From Camelus dromedarius (lineage: Eukaryota), in NCBI RefSeq assembly GCF_036321535.1, contig NC_087436.1:104286001-104350000 (forward strand): a DNA stretch of 64,000 bases, given 5' to 3'. The notes beneath the pieces are model-generated. The model had not been told where the DNA came from and did no database searches. It saw only the letters and a program-made list of their open reading frames with translations. Numbering within the stretch: the first letter of the stretch is position 1; each line of letters starts with the position of its first letter. Of this stretch, positions 40,279 to 52,879 are shown one piece after another. Both the position numbers and the translations under genes were made by a program.

Positions 40279-42185
40279 TGTTACAGAGGCAGATAGCTAG
40301 ATATGAGCAGAGAAAGGGTGAGGCAGGCCAGATGGCAGGAAACCATACAGCATGTGAACAATGGGGGTCCTTGGGCAGAGAAAAGTAGGAACCTTGGGAC
40401 TCATAAGAAAGCACATATTTTGTGGTGACAAGTGTCCTGGAGGCAGGCAAAGAAAGGTGGAAAAAGGCAGGAATCTCGTGTCCGAATGTAACTTTTTGCT
40501 CATTATGCCCTCATTACAATAAAATTAGCCTTGCAGATTAGAAGTACCCATCATGTACTGACACCATGACACTTCCGATTCAGACTAAATAAGGACAAAA
40601 GTCCCTCTGTCCCTCAGGAAGGTGGAGTTGGGATGAAAATCAGGGAATGTGACCCCAAACCCCTTCCTCTCCAGTGAATATTCCCTTCATTCATTTTTTA
40701 AAAATTCTTATTTTTCATTGAAGTGTAGTTGATTTACAACGTTAGTTTCAGGTGAACATTAAGGCAATTCAGTTATACACATACATACACAGATATATAC
40801 ATTTTCAGTTTCTTTTCTACTACAGCTCATTACAAGAAATTGAATATAGTTTCCTGTGCTATCCAGTAGGTCCTTGTTGTTTATCTGTTTATATACAGTA
40901 ATGTGTATCTGTTAATCCCAAACTCCTAATCAATCCCTCTCCTCCCCTTGCCCTCTGGTAATAATAGTTTGTCTTCTATGTCTGTGAGTCTATTTCTGGT
41001 TTGTAAATAAAATTTGTAAATGTTTTTTAGATTTCACATGTAAGCAACATCATATTTGTCTTTTTCTGTCTGACTTACTTCACTTAATATGATCATCTTT
41101 AGATCCATCCATGTTGCTGCAAATGGCATTATTTTACTCTTTTTTTAATGGACGAGTGATATTCTATTATATATATATGCCACATCTTCTTTATCCAGTC
41201 ATCTGTCGATGGACATTTAGGTTGTTTCCGTGTCTTGGCTGTTGTAAATAGTGCTGCTGTGAACATTGGGGTGCATGGGTCTTTTCAAATTAGAGTTTTC
41301 TCTGGATTTATGTCCAGGAGTGGGGTTGATGGATCATCTGGTAACTCTACTTTTAGTTTTTTAAGGGACCACCACATTGTCCTCCATAGTGGCTGCACCA
41401 ATTTACCCTCCCATCAATAGTATAGGAGGGTGCCTTTTTCTTCATGCCCTCTAGCATTTATGATTTGTAGACTTTTTAAAGATGGCCATTCTAACTGGTG
41501 TGAGGTAATACCTCATTGTAGTTTTGATTTGCATTTCCCTCATAATTAGTAAAACTGAACATCTTTTCATGTGCCTGTTGGCCATCTGGATGCTTTCTTT
41601 GGAGAAATGTCTATTTAGGTCTTCTGCCCATTTTTTGATTGGGTTGCTTGTTTTTTTTAATATTAAGCTATATGAACTGTTTGTATATTTTAGAAATTAG
41701 TCCCTTGTCAGTCACATCATTTGCAAATATTTTCTCCCATTATGCAGGTTGTCTTTTCATTTTGTTGATGGTATCCTTAGCTATGCAAAAGCTTTTAAGT
41801 TTAATTAGGCCCCATTTGTTTATTTTTGCTTTTATTTCCATTTCTCTAGGAGCTGGTTAAGAAAATATATTGCTGCAATTTATGTCATAGTGTTCTGCAT
41901 GTGTTCTCCTCTAGGAGTTTTATAGTATCTGGTCTTATATTTAGGTCTTCAATTCATTTTGAGTTTATTTTTGTATATTGTATATTTTTGTGTATTCCAC
42001 CCATTCATTTTTACACTCTGTATAACCAACTTGCCAAAGAAACTCAGCACAGCTGCTCACCTTAGCAGCCTGCTCTCCCCTTGAACGCACACTCTCTATC
42101 CCCTAATAAATCTTCACTTTACTTTCTTGACCTCTGTGTATTTTCTCTGAATTCTTTCTGTGATGAGACAAGAACCTAATCTCTG
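40279..42185 (+). mobile_element. ERV-type solo LTR split by an L1
   Basis: Starts TGTTACAG. After the L1 come 'tataac', 'aataaa' and the U5-like 'ctgaattctttctgtgatgagacaagaacc'. Confidence 0.6.
40701..41990 (-). mobile_element. Young L1 3' portion
   Basis: Reverse L1 ORF2 end and 3' UTR. Flanking repeats TATTCCCTTCATTCATTTTT (about 40679) and TATTCCACCCATTCATTTTT (about 41993). Confidence 0.9.
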
Positions 42186-42412
42186 CCCTGCAGAGAAAAC
42201 ACATGTGTGAGCTCAGAGTCATTCAGGTATGAGTTATGGTGCTGTTGGCCATGAGTTCAATGTTAATGAATCAACATGATGTGCCAATTAAGGTGTCTTT
42301 AAATAGAAATACGCATGAAATAGGTATATATTGATCAATTGATGAAAATGTTGTGACTAGAGGCTTGCAGGTTTGTAACATTGTATTTCCTCTAGGAACA
42401 ATGGTTCAGTAT

Positions 42413-42976
42413 TGTTACTGAACACAAGTTTGTGCACCCAACGTACAGTGAGGTTAAAGGAACCAAAATGTTGGAATCTGGAGCTGAGAAAGGTTTATTC
42501 CAGAGCCAAAGAAGGAGAATGGGTGGCTCATGCTCAAAAAGCCCAAACTCCCTGATGGTTTTCAGGGAGAAGTTTCCACAGGCAAAATTTGGTGTGAGGG
42601 CTGCAAGGTGTGTGACTTTCTTCTGATTGGTTGGCAGTAAGGTCACAGGACAGTGTTCCATGAATCCTGCTCAGCGTGAAGTTACATCCCCCACCTGGGT
42701 GGGAGCCTTAGTCCCTGCAGAAGAACTCAAAGATATTGCCACGTATCTCCCTTGAGGAGGAGCCGGGACCCTGCTTTAACAGCTGCGCTGGCCTTTCTTG
42801 ATTGTTCCTCCATTGCTCTGGCATTCCCTGACTTCCCTGATTAGCAGCTGTTTGCATCTGCTCTTCGGTATTCAGGAAGGTCTAGGAGGCTGAAACCTTT
42901 ATCCTGCAAATAATAAACTGGGGAAGTGGAAAGGCTTTGTTCCTGCAAGGGCTCCACAGGGTTCTTCTCGGTTTTA
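42413..42976 (-). mobile_element. ERV1-class solo LTR
   Basis: Starts TGTTACTG. Reverse polyA signal 'tttatt'. 4 bp TSD GTAT at 42409-42412 and 42977-42980. Confidence 0.75.
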
Positions 42977-43047
42977 GTATCAACTAATTTAAAGTTCTCA
43001 GCAGGTCTTTGGAACATAACTATTGCAAATGATAAGAATCAATTGTA

Positions 43048-43083
43048 TACAACATTGTAAACTAACTATATTTCAATTAAAAA
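43048..43083 (+). mobile_element. 36 bp L1 3'-tail insertion
   Basis: Perfect 14 bp TSD AAGAATCAATTGTA at 43034-43047 and 43084-43097. Confidence 0.85.
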
Positions 43084-43249
43084 AAGAATCAATTGTAATA
43101 ATAGCATTAATAATCACATAGCAGTATGGTCATTTTGTTATCATTTATGATATAGTCATTAGAACTATTATTATTATGAAGGAAGAATAATTGGCAATGG
43201 AACATTCTGGTCCCCAAGTCTCATGGTAACAGAAGTTAAAGCCTGCTCC

Positions 43250-44287
43250 TGTGGACCAAGCAGAATCCTAGAGGCCCCCCTCCCCCCCATCCCTGCCACC
43301 AAGTACAAAACTGAGCAGTTAATGATTAGGACAATAGAGTCACAGACTCAATGTCTGATGCACATGCCTGAGTTGTTTTACAGGTACTATAACTGCCACT
43401 AGAGGGGGAAAAAAAGCTAACTGATGACCAGACTATAGGCATGGCATAAGCAACTCCACCTTGGGCAGCACTGAATCTGTGGCCAGCACAGTTCCAAGAA
43501 CTGGCCTCAAGAGAACAGGATTAACACTACTGCTCATTATAATCTATATCTTTGTGGGTATCAAAATAATTGTAGCTTGCTCTGCTCTTATAGAAGTGGG
43601 CAACCAAAACTGTCAGCAAAGAGATGCTGCAGACCTATGTTGACTTCTTCCACTCTGAGGCTACAATACCCTGTGTCAGCACGAAGAAGTTACAGAAGAT
43701 GGACTTTTGCCCCTAAACCCATAGAAATAGAATGATGTTTGACAGGGGGGAATTGAAAGTAGCTCTTTGCCCCTTTCCTGTTTGCTCATTTCTGTCCCTC
43801 TCTAACCTTAAAAGAACCTAGTTATTGGAATGAGATTACTAAGCAATTGAAACTATCTCCTGACTTATGCTCTCCTGAATGCACACCATGCCTTGCCTAA
43901 CCTGTTGATTCTTTTCTTAAATGAAAAGAAGAAATAAGTAGTTAAAGAATTATTTGCTCTCTACTCCCAATAGCCCCCTTAGCAATCCTACAGGCAGATC
44001 ATGAGGGCAAGATAACATCTGAAGAGAGAGTCAGCCAGTCTGTGTGCAATGGAGAATGATGCAGAACCCAACCTCCTGCCTCAGTGATTGGCTGAGAGTC
44101 TTCCCCCCATTTTTCCCTTTAAAAACTGTCATGGCTGAGCAGAATCTTCAGGGTTAGTCTTGGGACATAACCCACCTTCTCCCCAGATTGCTGGCTTTCT
44201 CATTAAAGCATCTTTCCTTTCTATTGACACTTGCCTTTTGTTTATTGGCTTTTGAGCAGTGAGCAGCTGAACCTGAGTTTGATGACA
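43250..44287 (+). mobile_element. ERV1-like remnant: env TM-like segment, polypurine tract (PPT) and LTR (43754-44287)
   Basis: Hydrophobic peptide GLKRTGLTLLLIIIYIFVGIKIIVAC. PPT AGGGGGGAA at 43744-43752 followed by TGAAAG...TGACA. TATA-like 'tttaaaaa' and polyA signal ATTAAA at 44202. Confidence 0.7.
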
Positions 44288-46324
44288 CCTGGATAAGAGC
44301 TGCAGGAACAACTTAAAGTGTGTTGGTGATATAAGCATTGCTGGAGGCCTCCAGGGGCCCACTGAGTCACGATGCCTTATTTAGCCCTTTCTCAGATACA
44401 AGTGATCTGGTAAGCTTGTATTTCAGACTCTCCAAATGTCTGCTGCAGGAGGTGAGTGAAATGTAATTATTTTTCATAATTGGTGGGGTTGCCGATAGGA
44501 AGTGTTAACATGATGAAAGAATTGGGAAAATCGGCTCTAGGAGAAAAGATTAACAAAATTGGTGTCATTTTCCTCAAGTAATGGGGGAGAAACTTCCGAA
44601 TAGCCTTCCAACAGTGGAGAAAACATCATTAAGGTGTTCTATGAATAGGTGTTCTCTTGGTCTGCTAGGGACAGATGAGTTGAGCTGGGGGTAAGCAAAG
44701 ATTGATACTGGAGTTGAGACTTCTGGTGAATCCATAAATCCCAAATTAATAAAGAGTTCTGAGCTACTTTTTATTTGTAATGGCTTTCTTATTTCTATGA
44801 CAATAGGAGCAAAATAATTTTAAAAATCAGAAAATACAGAAAAGTATAAAAGAAAAAGTTAAATTTGGTGTAATCCCATCAACAAAAGCCAGTAATTGAT
44901 AGAGATGAACTTTGAACCAAGGTAGTCTGGCTCCAATCTGTCTAACAGCCTCTCAAATAACATTTAAATACTATTAGAGCATTGCGTTTATAGAGAATAA
45001 AAGGCTGGAGAAACCAATAAAAGGCAAATGAAATCCTTAAGTCTTAAAGATTGCTTATCTGAACAGTAAAACATGGGAAGAGGCACAGAAAACAAGATGA
45101 CGTGGAAAGAGTTCAAGCAACAGTATTAGAGAGAACTGGGTGTGAGTCCCGCTGCTGCCCCCTCTAGACCGCACGACTTCAGAAACTTCACTTCACCCCT
45201 TGAAGCAATTAAGATCCCACTGATCAGACAGCTCTTCTTTATCTCCTCCCCACCTGAGGGTATTGTTCACCCCTTCACCTGCCGCGGAGTGGGCTGCGCC
45301 CCCCACATCTGTACTGCGCAGGCTCAGGCCACCAGCCTCACACCCTGCAGCGCTTCTCTGTGTCAAGTCCCTGATTTGCTCTCCTTCTCCATTTTCTTTG
45401 CAGATTCAGTTGATTATCATCTGAATGATACATTTGAAATCTAACAAGAAGTCAAAAAAACATAAAGCACGTATTTTATGTTGTCAGTAAAAGGCACTTG
45501 TCAGACCCTAGCTAGCCACAGGAGCTAAGTCCCAGTGTTCCCCAGAAGCTGCAATGAAAGGAATAAAAAGGATTCTTTTTGACTGCCCCACATCCGTCTC
45601 CACTTTAGCAATAATACATTCAGCAGTAACCTTGTAAACAGAGCTAAGGGAACGGCAGGAAAAGCTGACATTGTGACCCAAGTCATTCCTCTTTCTAATT
45701 AAAAGAATCTCATAAGTCTAGACATGGATTAACTTAGATTCCTCTAAAAGACAGAAAGTAATTTGGACAGTAAAAATAATTAAACTCCCAAATATGTAAG
45801 AGCAGTTCTTAAGAGACTAGGAAAAACAAAAGCTTCTTCCTTAGAAATATAAATAATCCTCTGGGGTAGAACAGAGCTGGATTTTAGGCAATTCTGAGAG
45901 GGCTGAAATAGTTTCATTTGGACTCAAATTGTGTGATTGCTGAGGATCTTCCAAATATATTTTATTCAGCTGACTTCGGCCTTATGCATGTGCGTATATT
46001 AAAGGGGGCAAATGCCACGTGGGGTGATCAGTCAAGCGGTTCATGGCTTGCTTGATGTGAGAAAAATTGGATTTTTAAGCAGTCCAATCTATTGATCTGT
46101 TCCTTTGTGACTTATTCGATTGCTTTTTTGCTCAGAAAGTCCTGCCTTGTCCCAAGATCAGTTTAATATTTGCCTGTATCTTTTTCTAGTCTTTTTAGGG
46201 CAACTTTTTCTTTTTTCTTTTTTTTCCACAGTTAACTCTGTAATTCCTAGAATTTATTCTGAAGTATTATAGTGAACATTTACTATGTTTTTGGCTGACC
46301 ATCAACTTAGACACCATCCTTCTA

Positions 46325-46328
<4 letters not shown>

Positions 46329-46364
<36 letters not shown>
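46329..46364. repeat. (GT)18 microsatellite
   Basis: Seen directly. Confidence 0.97.
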
Positions 46365-46366
<2 letters not shown>

Positions 46367-46838
46367 GGAGTGTTCCCACCTTATCTGTCTGTATTTCCCT
46401 CATGGTAGAAGCCAAAAACTCAGTGTTCTGCAGCTTTGCAAATGGGGCTCAAGTCTGTGACCAAGGCTCTACCAATCCCTGTGAAATTTCAATTTAGAAG
46501 CCAGTGATAAGCGGAGCAGGGGCCTCCAATGATCCGTTCCGTGCAGGGTGGTGGCCCAGGTGGCCCGACCTCAGATGCAGTCGTGGCAGAGGTGCTGGTG
46601 GCCCCAGCATTCGCGCAGCTACAGTGGCGAGGTCTGGAGGTCAGTACTCAAGAGTGTCGACGTGCGAGCTGGCCTGTGCTGTAACTCCTGGCTGCCTAGT
46701 CCTCAGGCGTGGTTCCTGGCCATCAGAGAGAGGGAGTCTCAGAGCCACTTAATACCCTTCAATAACATAATTTCCTTTTCTGCTTAAACCAGCTAGAGAG
46801 GGTTTGATTGTCTGCAACCAAGGACACTAACTATTCAA
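46365..46838 (+). mobile_element. Old ERVL-type LTR (LTR33-like)
   Basis: 3' end 'tttctgcttaaaccagctagagagggtttgattgtctgcaaccaaggacactaact'. Confidence 0.5.
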
Positions 46839-46952
46839 GTATGCCGTGAGGTTAAGAATAGAACTCAACTTTTTTCAAATAGACAATCGCTTCTGTACGA
46901 ATTGTTGAATAAAAAACAATCTATTTTCCCCCAGCTAACTTGAAATGCCATC

Positions 46953-47281
46953 TGCTATAGACTGAACGTTTATGCGCCCCCTAAATTTTTATGTTGAAAT
47001 GCCGATCTCCAACGTGATGGTATTTGGAGGTGCTTAGGTCATGAGCATGAAGCCCTAATAAATAGGATTAGTGACCTTAAAAAAGAGAACCCTCCACCGT
47101 GTGAGGATACGGAGAAAACAACTGTCTATGAACCAGAAGCGGTCTCTCGCCAGACACGGAATCTGCAGGCCCGCTGCTCCTGGACTTCCCAGCTTCCAAA
47201 ATTGTGAGAAATAAACTTCTGTTGTTTATCAGCCCCTTAGTTCATGGTATTTTGTGATAGAGGCCCAGAAGGACTAAGACA
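46953..47281 (+). mobile_element. MLT1A-like MaLR LTR
   Basis: TGCTATAGACTGAA...GGACTAAGACA. 5 bp TSD CCATC/CCACC. Confidence 0.85.
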
Positions 47282-48019
47282 CCACCTCACTTTCTTAAAC
47301 ACACTGGGGTCGGTTTCCATGCTCCCGGCTGTGTTTGACTGATTGACAGCCAGTTAAATCGTCTGGAAGAGGAAGGAAAGCAGATGACCACAGACCTCCT
47401 TCTGGACTGTGACAGCAAATCTTTGCTTTCTGATTCCACCTGAAGATAATTGGATTCTTGTCTTGACTGCTATTCATATCGTATAAAGTAATGTGATTTT
47501 TACATTCTGAGTCACCGCTCGAATTTTTTTGCTTCGACAAAGCCAACTGTGCAGACATCTGACCCTCCCCACACCTGTGTCAAGCAAACATCCTGATGGC
47601 AATTAGAGAATTCTGTTATTAAGCTGTTTGGGACTAGCAAATACAAACTAGGGTGGTAAACAGAAGTTTTCCATTTCATTGTGTGGAACAGGCTGTGTAG
47701 ACAGCTCTCTCCCTTCTTTTCTTTGGAGGAAGGGTGAGAATTAAGCAACAAGTGTTCTGAATCAGTACTTTACGATCCAGTCGATAATGGTCAGGATTGA
47801 TGACATCAGGGGCTTTTTGCTTCAGCTGCTTCATTCTCCACTCTAACCAGGTGTTCCCACATAAATTCCTCCTACAAGCCTCAAGCTAAACAGGTAAAGA
47901 GTCTTAACTGAGACATCATAAGGACCAGGTTCAAATCCCATTCTACCACTAACTGGCTGTGTGACAGGGGGCAGAAGTTTCCGTAGGTGCTACAATAGCC
48001 AGGGTGGGGTTGGAAAGGG

Positions 48020-48461
48020 TGTGTCTGTTTCCTAGGGCTGCCACAAAAATGACCACACACTGGGTAGCTTGAAACAGCAGAAATTTATTTTCTCACAGCT
48101 TTGGAGGTCAGAAATCTGAAATCAAGGTGCTGGCAGGGTTAATGCCTTTAGGTGGTTCTGAGGGAGGTTCTGTTCCATGCTTGAAACCTGGGATCAAACC
48201 ACCTTAGCATTCTTCAGCTTATAGACACATCACCCCAACCTCTGCCTCCAACTTCAAGTCACCTTTGCTGTGTGTCTCTGTGTCCTGTTTCTTATAAGGA
48301 CACCTGTCATTGGAGGTAGGGCCCACCCTAAATCCAAGATGATCTCATTTTGAGAGCCTTAACTTAATTGAATCTGCCAAGACCCCATTTCCAAATAAGG
48401 TCACATTCTAGAGTTTTGGGTGGACACGATTTGGAGGGGGGACACCATTCAATCCATTACA
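48020..48461 (-). mobile_element. MLT1C/D-like MaLR LTR
   Basis: 'tttcctagggctgccacaaaaatgaccac...gaaatcaaggtgctggcaggg...attcaatccattaca'. Confidence 0.85.
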
Positions 48462-50719
48462 AGGAGCAAGGAGACACCAAAAACTAGAGTCTGTCTGAGG
48501 TCAGCACCTGATCCCTGCATCGTGATCTGGTTGCCTGGGAGCCCAAACAAGCTATGGGTCAGAGCCAGATGGCTAAGTGAGGGGAGCAAGAAACCCAGCT
48601 CATCACAGAGACGTAAGGCAGGAGGGTGAAATGGGGATGTCGTCAAGATTAAGCAGGAGGGCAGAGATACTTGGAGATGTATGAATAGAACCAAAGGACC
48701 AAGGGAGGTTGCTGGTCTAGCTCCCTACACTGCCCTCAGCTTCCCGAGTAAACTGGGCTGGGCTCCAGCCTCCTGGAATCCACAGGAGCCAAGCCGCTCA
48801 TTCCCATACAGTCCTTGGGCTCATACTTACCAGACAATCAGCTCATACCCTCCAGCAACTGGAGTCCAAAATTTGTTTTGCAGAACAAGTATATGTTTTG
48901 CCTGGGAAAGCTCTGGCCCACCAGGCCAGCTTCTGGTCCCTAAGCCTTCTCTTTGCTGCTCCATTCCCAGTTCCTTCTGCACCACCTCCTTGCTTTTCAC
49001 TAGGGTTCCCCACATGGACCAATCCCCTATTTATCTGCCAGGTTAGACCTTCTGGCCCATGTTCCACCACTGCCTGGGGGCCTGCTTCAGGCTGGACATC
49101 TTGCTTTTGCTGCTCACACACATTTGCCCTCTTCTGGTTTTGCTCTGAAGGACCAGTTCCTCCCCTACTTTCTGTCCTTGTGCCACAGGTAGACTTCACT
49201 CTACCCCAACTCTAGGGGGAGCATGTGCCTTGGGATTAGCCAGTCAGATATCATGTATCATGTTTCCCTGACCATAGTGATGAGTTAATGGATGGGCCTG
49301 TCACCCAGTACAAGCCAATGAGTCCTAATTAGGCTTCTACTGGGACTTTCTGGAGAAGGGCACACACTCTTTTCTACTGATTATGAACCTGGGAGAACGT
49401 GGCCCTGGGGCTGCTGGTAGCCATCTTGCCACAAAGTAGAGCCTGAGTTCAGAGTAAACATACAGGAGCATATTGTTCAGAGATGGTGAGACTGGATTCT
49501 GGTAACATCACTGGAATCTCTGGATCAAGCCATATTTAAAGTCAAAATATTCTTGTACATTTCCATTTCACTGGGCAATAAAATCCTCTTTTTGCTTAAG
49601 GTATTTTGAGTTTGTCTTTATTTCTTGAAGCCCAGAATTTTGATTACTATTGCTCCAAACTTGCTAGATCCTCTCTACCCCAGAATTAAAACCCTGCTGA
49701 TGCCTGGCTTCTGGGGTCACCACAGCTGGGAGTTTCTTGTGGTCTTGCCTTTTCTCTGCACCCCAGTATCACTCAGGATCCTCTTAGTGGGATGGGTATT
49801 CATTACTTTTGGCTACCCCGAATCTGTGCCCCACACCCTTTCTGGTCAAATGGATCCTTCTCCCTGGTCCCTGGCCACTTTAGCAGGGGTATCTGGACAG
49901 GTTTTGAGACTCAGTTATTCCATCCAGAAGATGATACAAAGATGCAGGGACAGTATTTATAGCAGAAGCAGCAATTTTTAATCCAGTGGCCACAGTGGCA
50001 ATGGTTGCCTTGCTGGAAAGCTCCTGAAATGTAGTCATGTTTATGTTTCTGCTAACCTGGACTCCTGCCACTTTTCCCAACTGGCTCTTTAAATTTTCCA
50101 ACATTCTTATTAGAAACAGAATATCCTTCTAATGAGTCCCTTTTCTGTCCCAGTTTACCAAATTTAGTTTCTGTTGCTTGCAGTCAAAAGCCCTGGTGAT
50201 ACATTTGGATGTGTACACCAGTGGAAATGAAACCTATGGTTTCCATGGCCCACTGGACACAAAATTTTGTACAGAATGGAGGTGTTCAGGATGAAGCAAG
50301 CAAGAGAGGTGGTGAACAAAGAGCTTTCCTCCTGAATCAAATGCTGCTTGAAGCTGAAAGCAGAAATATATACTGTTCACCGCATGTAGGATGGCTTAGT
50401 TAGTAAGTCAACAAGACAGGTCTCCTTACCAAGAAAGAGCTTAATAGAGCCACCTAACTTCCATGTGCTTTCTTTTCCTCATCTGTCGAGATGATTATGT
50501 GACCCTTACAAGGTTTTGAGAGACGTAAATTCCCCACTAGGTTATATATTCTGTGGGCAGGCACCATGCATACCTTGTTCACTGTTGTGTCCTTAACACC
50601 GACGGTGCCAAGAACTTGGTAGGCAATCTGTAGACATTTCTTGAATAAATTAATAAAATAATGTTTGTAAATCACTTAATGAGCTCAATTGTGAAAATGT
50701 AACAAAATTATTAAGATCA

Positions 50720-50906
50720 CTCATCACAAGAAAAACATTGTTTTCCTATTTTTTTAATTTTGTGCATGTATGAGATGATAGATGTACACTAAACTTACTG
50801 TGATAATCACTTCATGATGTATGTAAATCAAATTATTATGCTGTATGCCTTACACTTATACACTATTGCATGCCAATTATAGCCCAATAAAACTGGAAGA
50901 AAAAAA
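50720..50906 (+). mobile_element. L1 3' tail (older subfamily)
   Basis: 'aaacttactgtgataatcacttc...caattatagcccaataaaactggaagaaaaaaa'. Confidence 0.75.
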
Positions 50907-51299
50907 ATATTAGGATCAGATAGACTCAGCCCCAGGATTATTACTCAAGTGTGATAGATCTCCAAGGTCAGGATATCTTCCAAGCAAAATTCCTAGTCTC
51001 AAGAAAGAATTTCAGAAAGGTCAGACCTTTTCATTGGATTTTCCAGACAATAATGTATCTAAGTATATTAGTTAGGACAAGTAACTCTAGCTGCTGTAAC
51101 ATGTCTCAATGACTTAACAAAAAGACATTTACTGCTAGCTCATACAAAGTCTGATACAGTCAGATGATGCTATTGGACAGAGTGCCTTTTATGATAACTC
51201 AGGGATCCAAGCTCCTTCTACCACATGGCTCTGTCATCTTAGAGAACTTTATTTCCAGCCATGCAGCTGAGGAACAAAATAGCATGGAGAATGGCACAC

Positions 51300-51717
51300 T
51301 GTAGCAGTTAGGGTTCTGCAGAGAAACAGAATCAGTAAAATGTGTGTGTATATGGAAAGATTTACTTTAAAGAGTTAGTGCACGTAATTATAGAGTCTAG
51401 CAATTCCAAAATCTGCAGGTTGGGTGGGTGAGCTGGAGACTGGGCAAGCGCTGAGGCAGCAGGTCAAAGGTGAAGGCCGTCTGCTGGCAGAACTCTGTCT
51501 TGCTGCAGGAATGCCAGTCTTTTGTTTTATTCAGGCCTTCAGTTGACTGGATGAGGCCTACCCACATTATGGAGAGCAATCTGCTCTGCTCCAAGCCCAC
51601 CAATTTAGATGTCAATCTCACCCCAAAATACCCTCACAGAAACATCCAGAACAATTTTTGAGCACATATTGGGAAATTGTGGCCCAATCAAAATAACACA
51701 TAAAATTAACCACCACA
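51300..51717 (-). mobile_element. MLT2 ERVL LTR nested in an older MLT1 (about 51065-51895)
   Basis: 'gggttctgcagagaaacagaatcag...gatgaggcctacccacattatggag...aaaattaaccaccaca'. TSD CACAC/CACAT. Confidence 0.8.
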
Positions 51718-52619
51718 CACATTGTAGTCTATTGTCAGACCTGAAAGTAGTGTGTATCACTTCTGATCACATTCCACTGGCCATAACTCAGCATGAGGCC
51801 CCGATCTACCCACAAGGGAAGGCAGGGCATATAATTTTCCCATGTGTTTAGGAAAAGGAAACTGGATTGGTGAGCATCTAGTTAGTCTCTGCCAGTAGGT
51901 TTTCAACATAAAGGATCTTTGATCCAGGAAAGAACAATCCCCAAAGCATTGGAACCAGCTGAAGAGGATGCCCATCAAATTGCCAAAAAAAGCAGAGGGT
52001 GGCAGAGTGTAGGATGTCCTGGGAACTCAGAGCAGAAGGCAAACCGAGGGCACAGTGACCAAATCTATTACCAGGAATACCATTTTAAAAGTTCGGTAGA
52101 ATTAAAATAATTGTAAGTTTTGGTCAACAGCCTATGCTGAATATTGTTTTTGATAACATAGGTATGAAACCATGAGAATAGAAAATGTATTCCTGTTTTA
52201 GGGTTGGTTCGTTTGTTTTCCCCAATTCTTAGTGCAAGGGAAATCCCTTAGGAGAACAAACTGACACAGGCATCCTTCCTCTGCATGGAAACCAGGGGGT
52301 CAAGAAAGGGTAAAAAGCAACAGTTTGGGGAAAGCTGATTTCAGATCCAGGGGCTAGTAATACAAACACGATATAAGAAAAACAGGAGTCAAAAATTACC
52401 ATTGCTGCACAGTGCCTGGTGTTTAAAAGGAGGATGACAGAGAGGAAAGAGCACTTATCTTACCCTGAGACAGTTTAGGACCAGGGTTCCACCACATCAC
52501 ACATTAGGCAAGTTTCTTAATATTTCTAAATCTTATTCATTATTATTTCCAAATGGAGATTTAAAAATATATCCACAAAAGGAGCACAGGGCACGTAGTG
52601 GGTCTTGGACTTGACGTTC

Positions 52620-52835
52620 CCTAGGAATATACCACTTTTAATGAGCCAGGCATTCAATTAAATGCTCGCCATATCTTATCTTAACTGATACTATTATTGG
52701 TCATATTTTCCAGATGAGGAAAGCATGGTCCAAAAAGGATTAGTCCCTTGCCCAAAGTCACACAGCTAGTAAATGGTATAGCCAGGACTTGAAGCCAGGC
52801 AGTCAGTTGACTCCAGGGTCTGTGCTTTGACCATA
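52620..52835 (-). mobile_element. MIR SINE
   Basis: 'cagatgaggaaagc...cttgcccaaagtcacacagctagtaaatgg...caggacttgaagccagg'. Confidence 0.75.
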
Positions 52836-52879
52836 CGCTGCATGTAATGGGTAACTTAGAGCACAGATATACGGCAACG

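Larger units (their letters stand above)
40080..43047 (-). mobile_element. MER82-like TcMar-Tigger element split into three pieces (about 40080-40278, 42190-42412, 42977-43047)
   Basis: The pieces join into one continuous MER82-like sequence ending '...gataagaatcaattgta' (terminal inverted repeat (TIR) plus TA). Confidence 0.7.
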
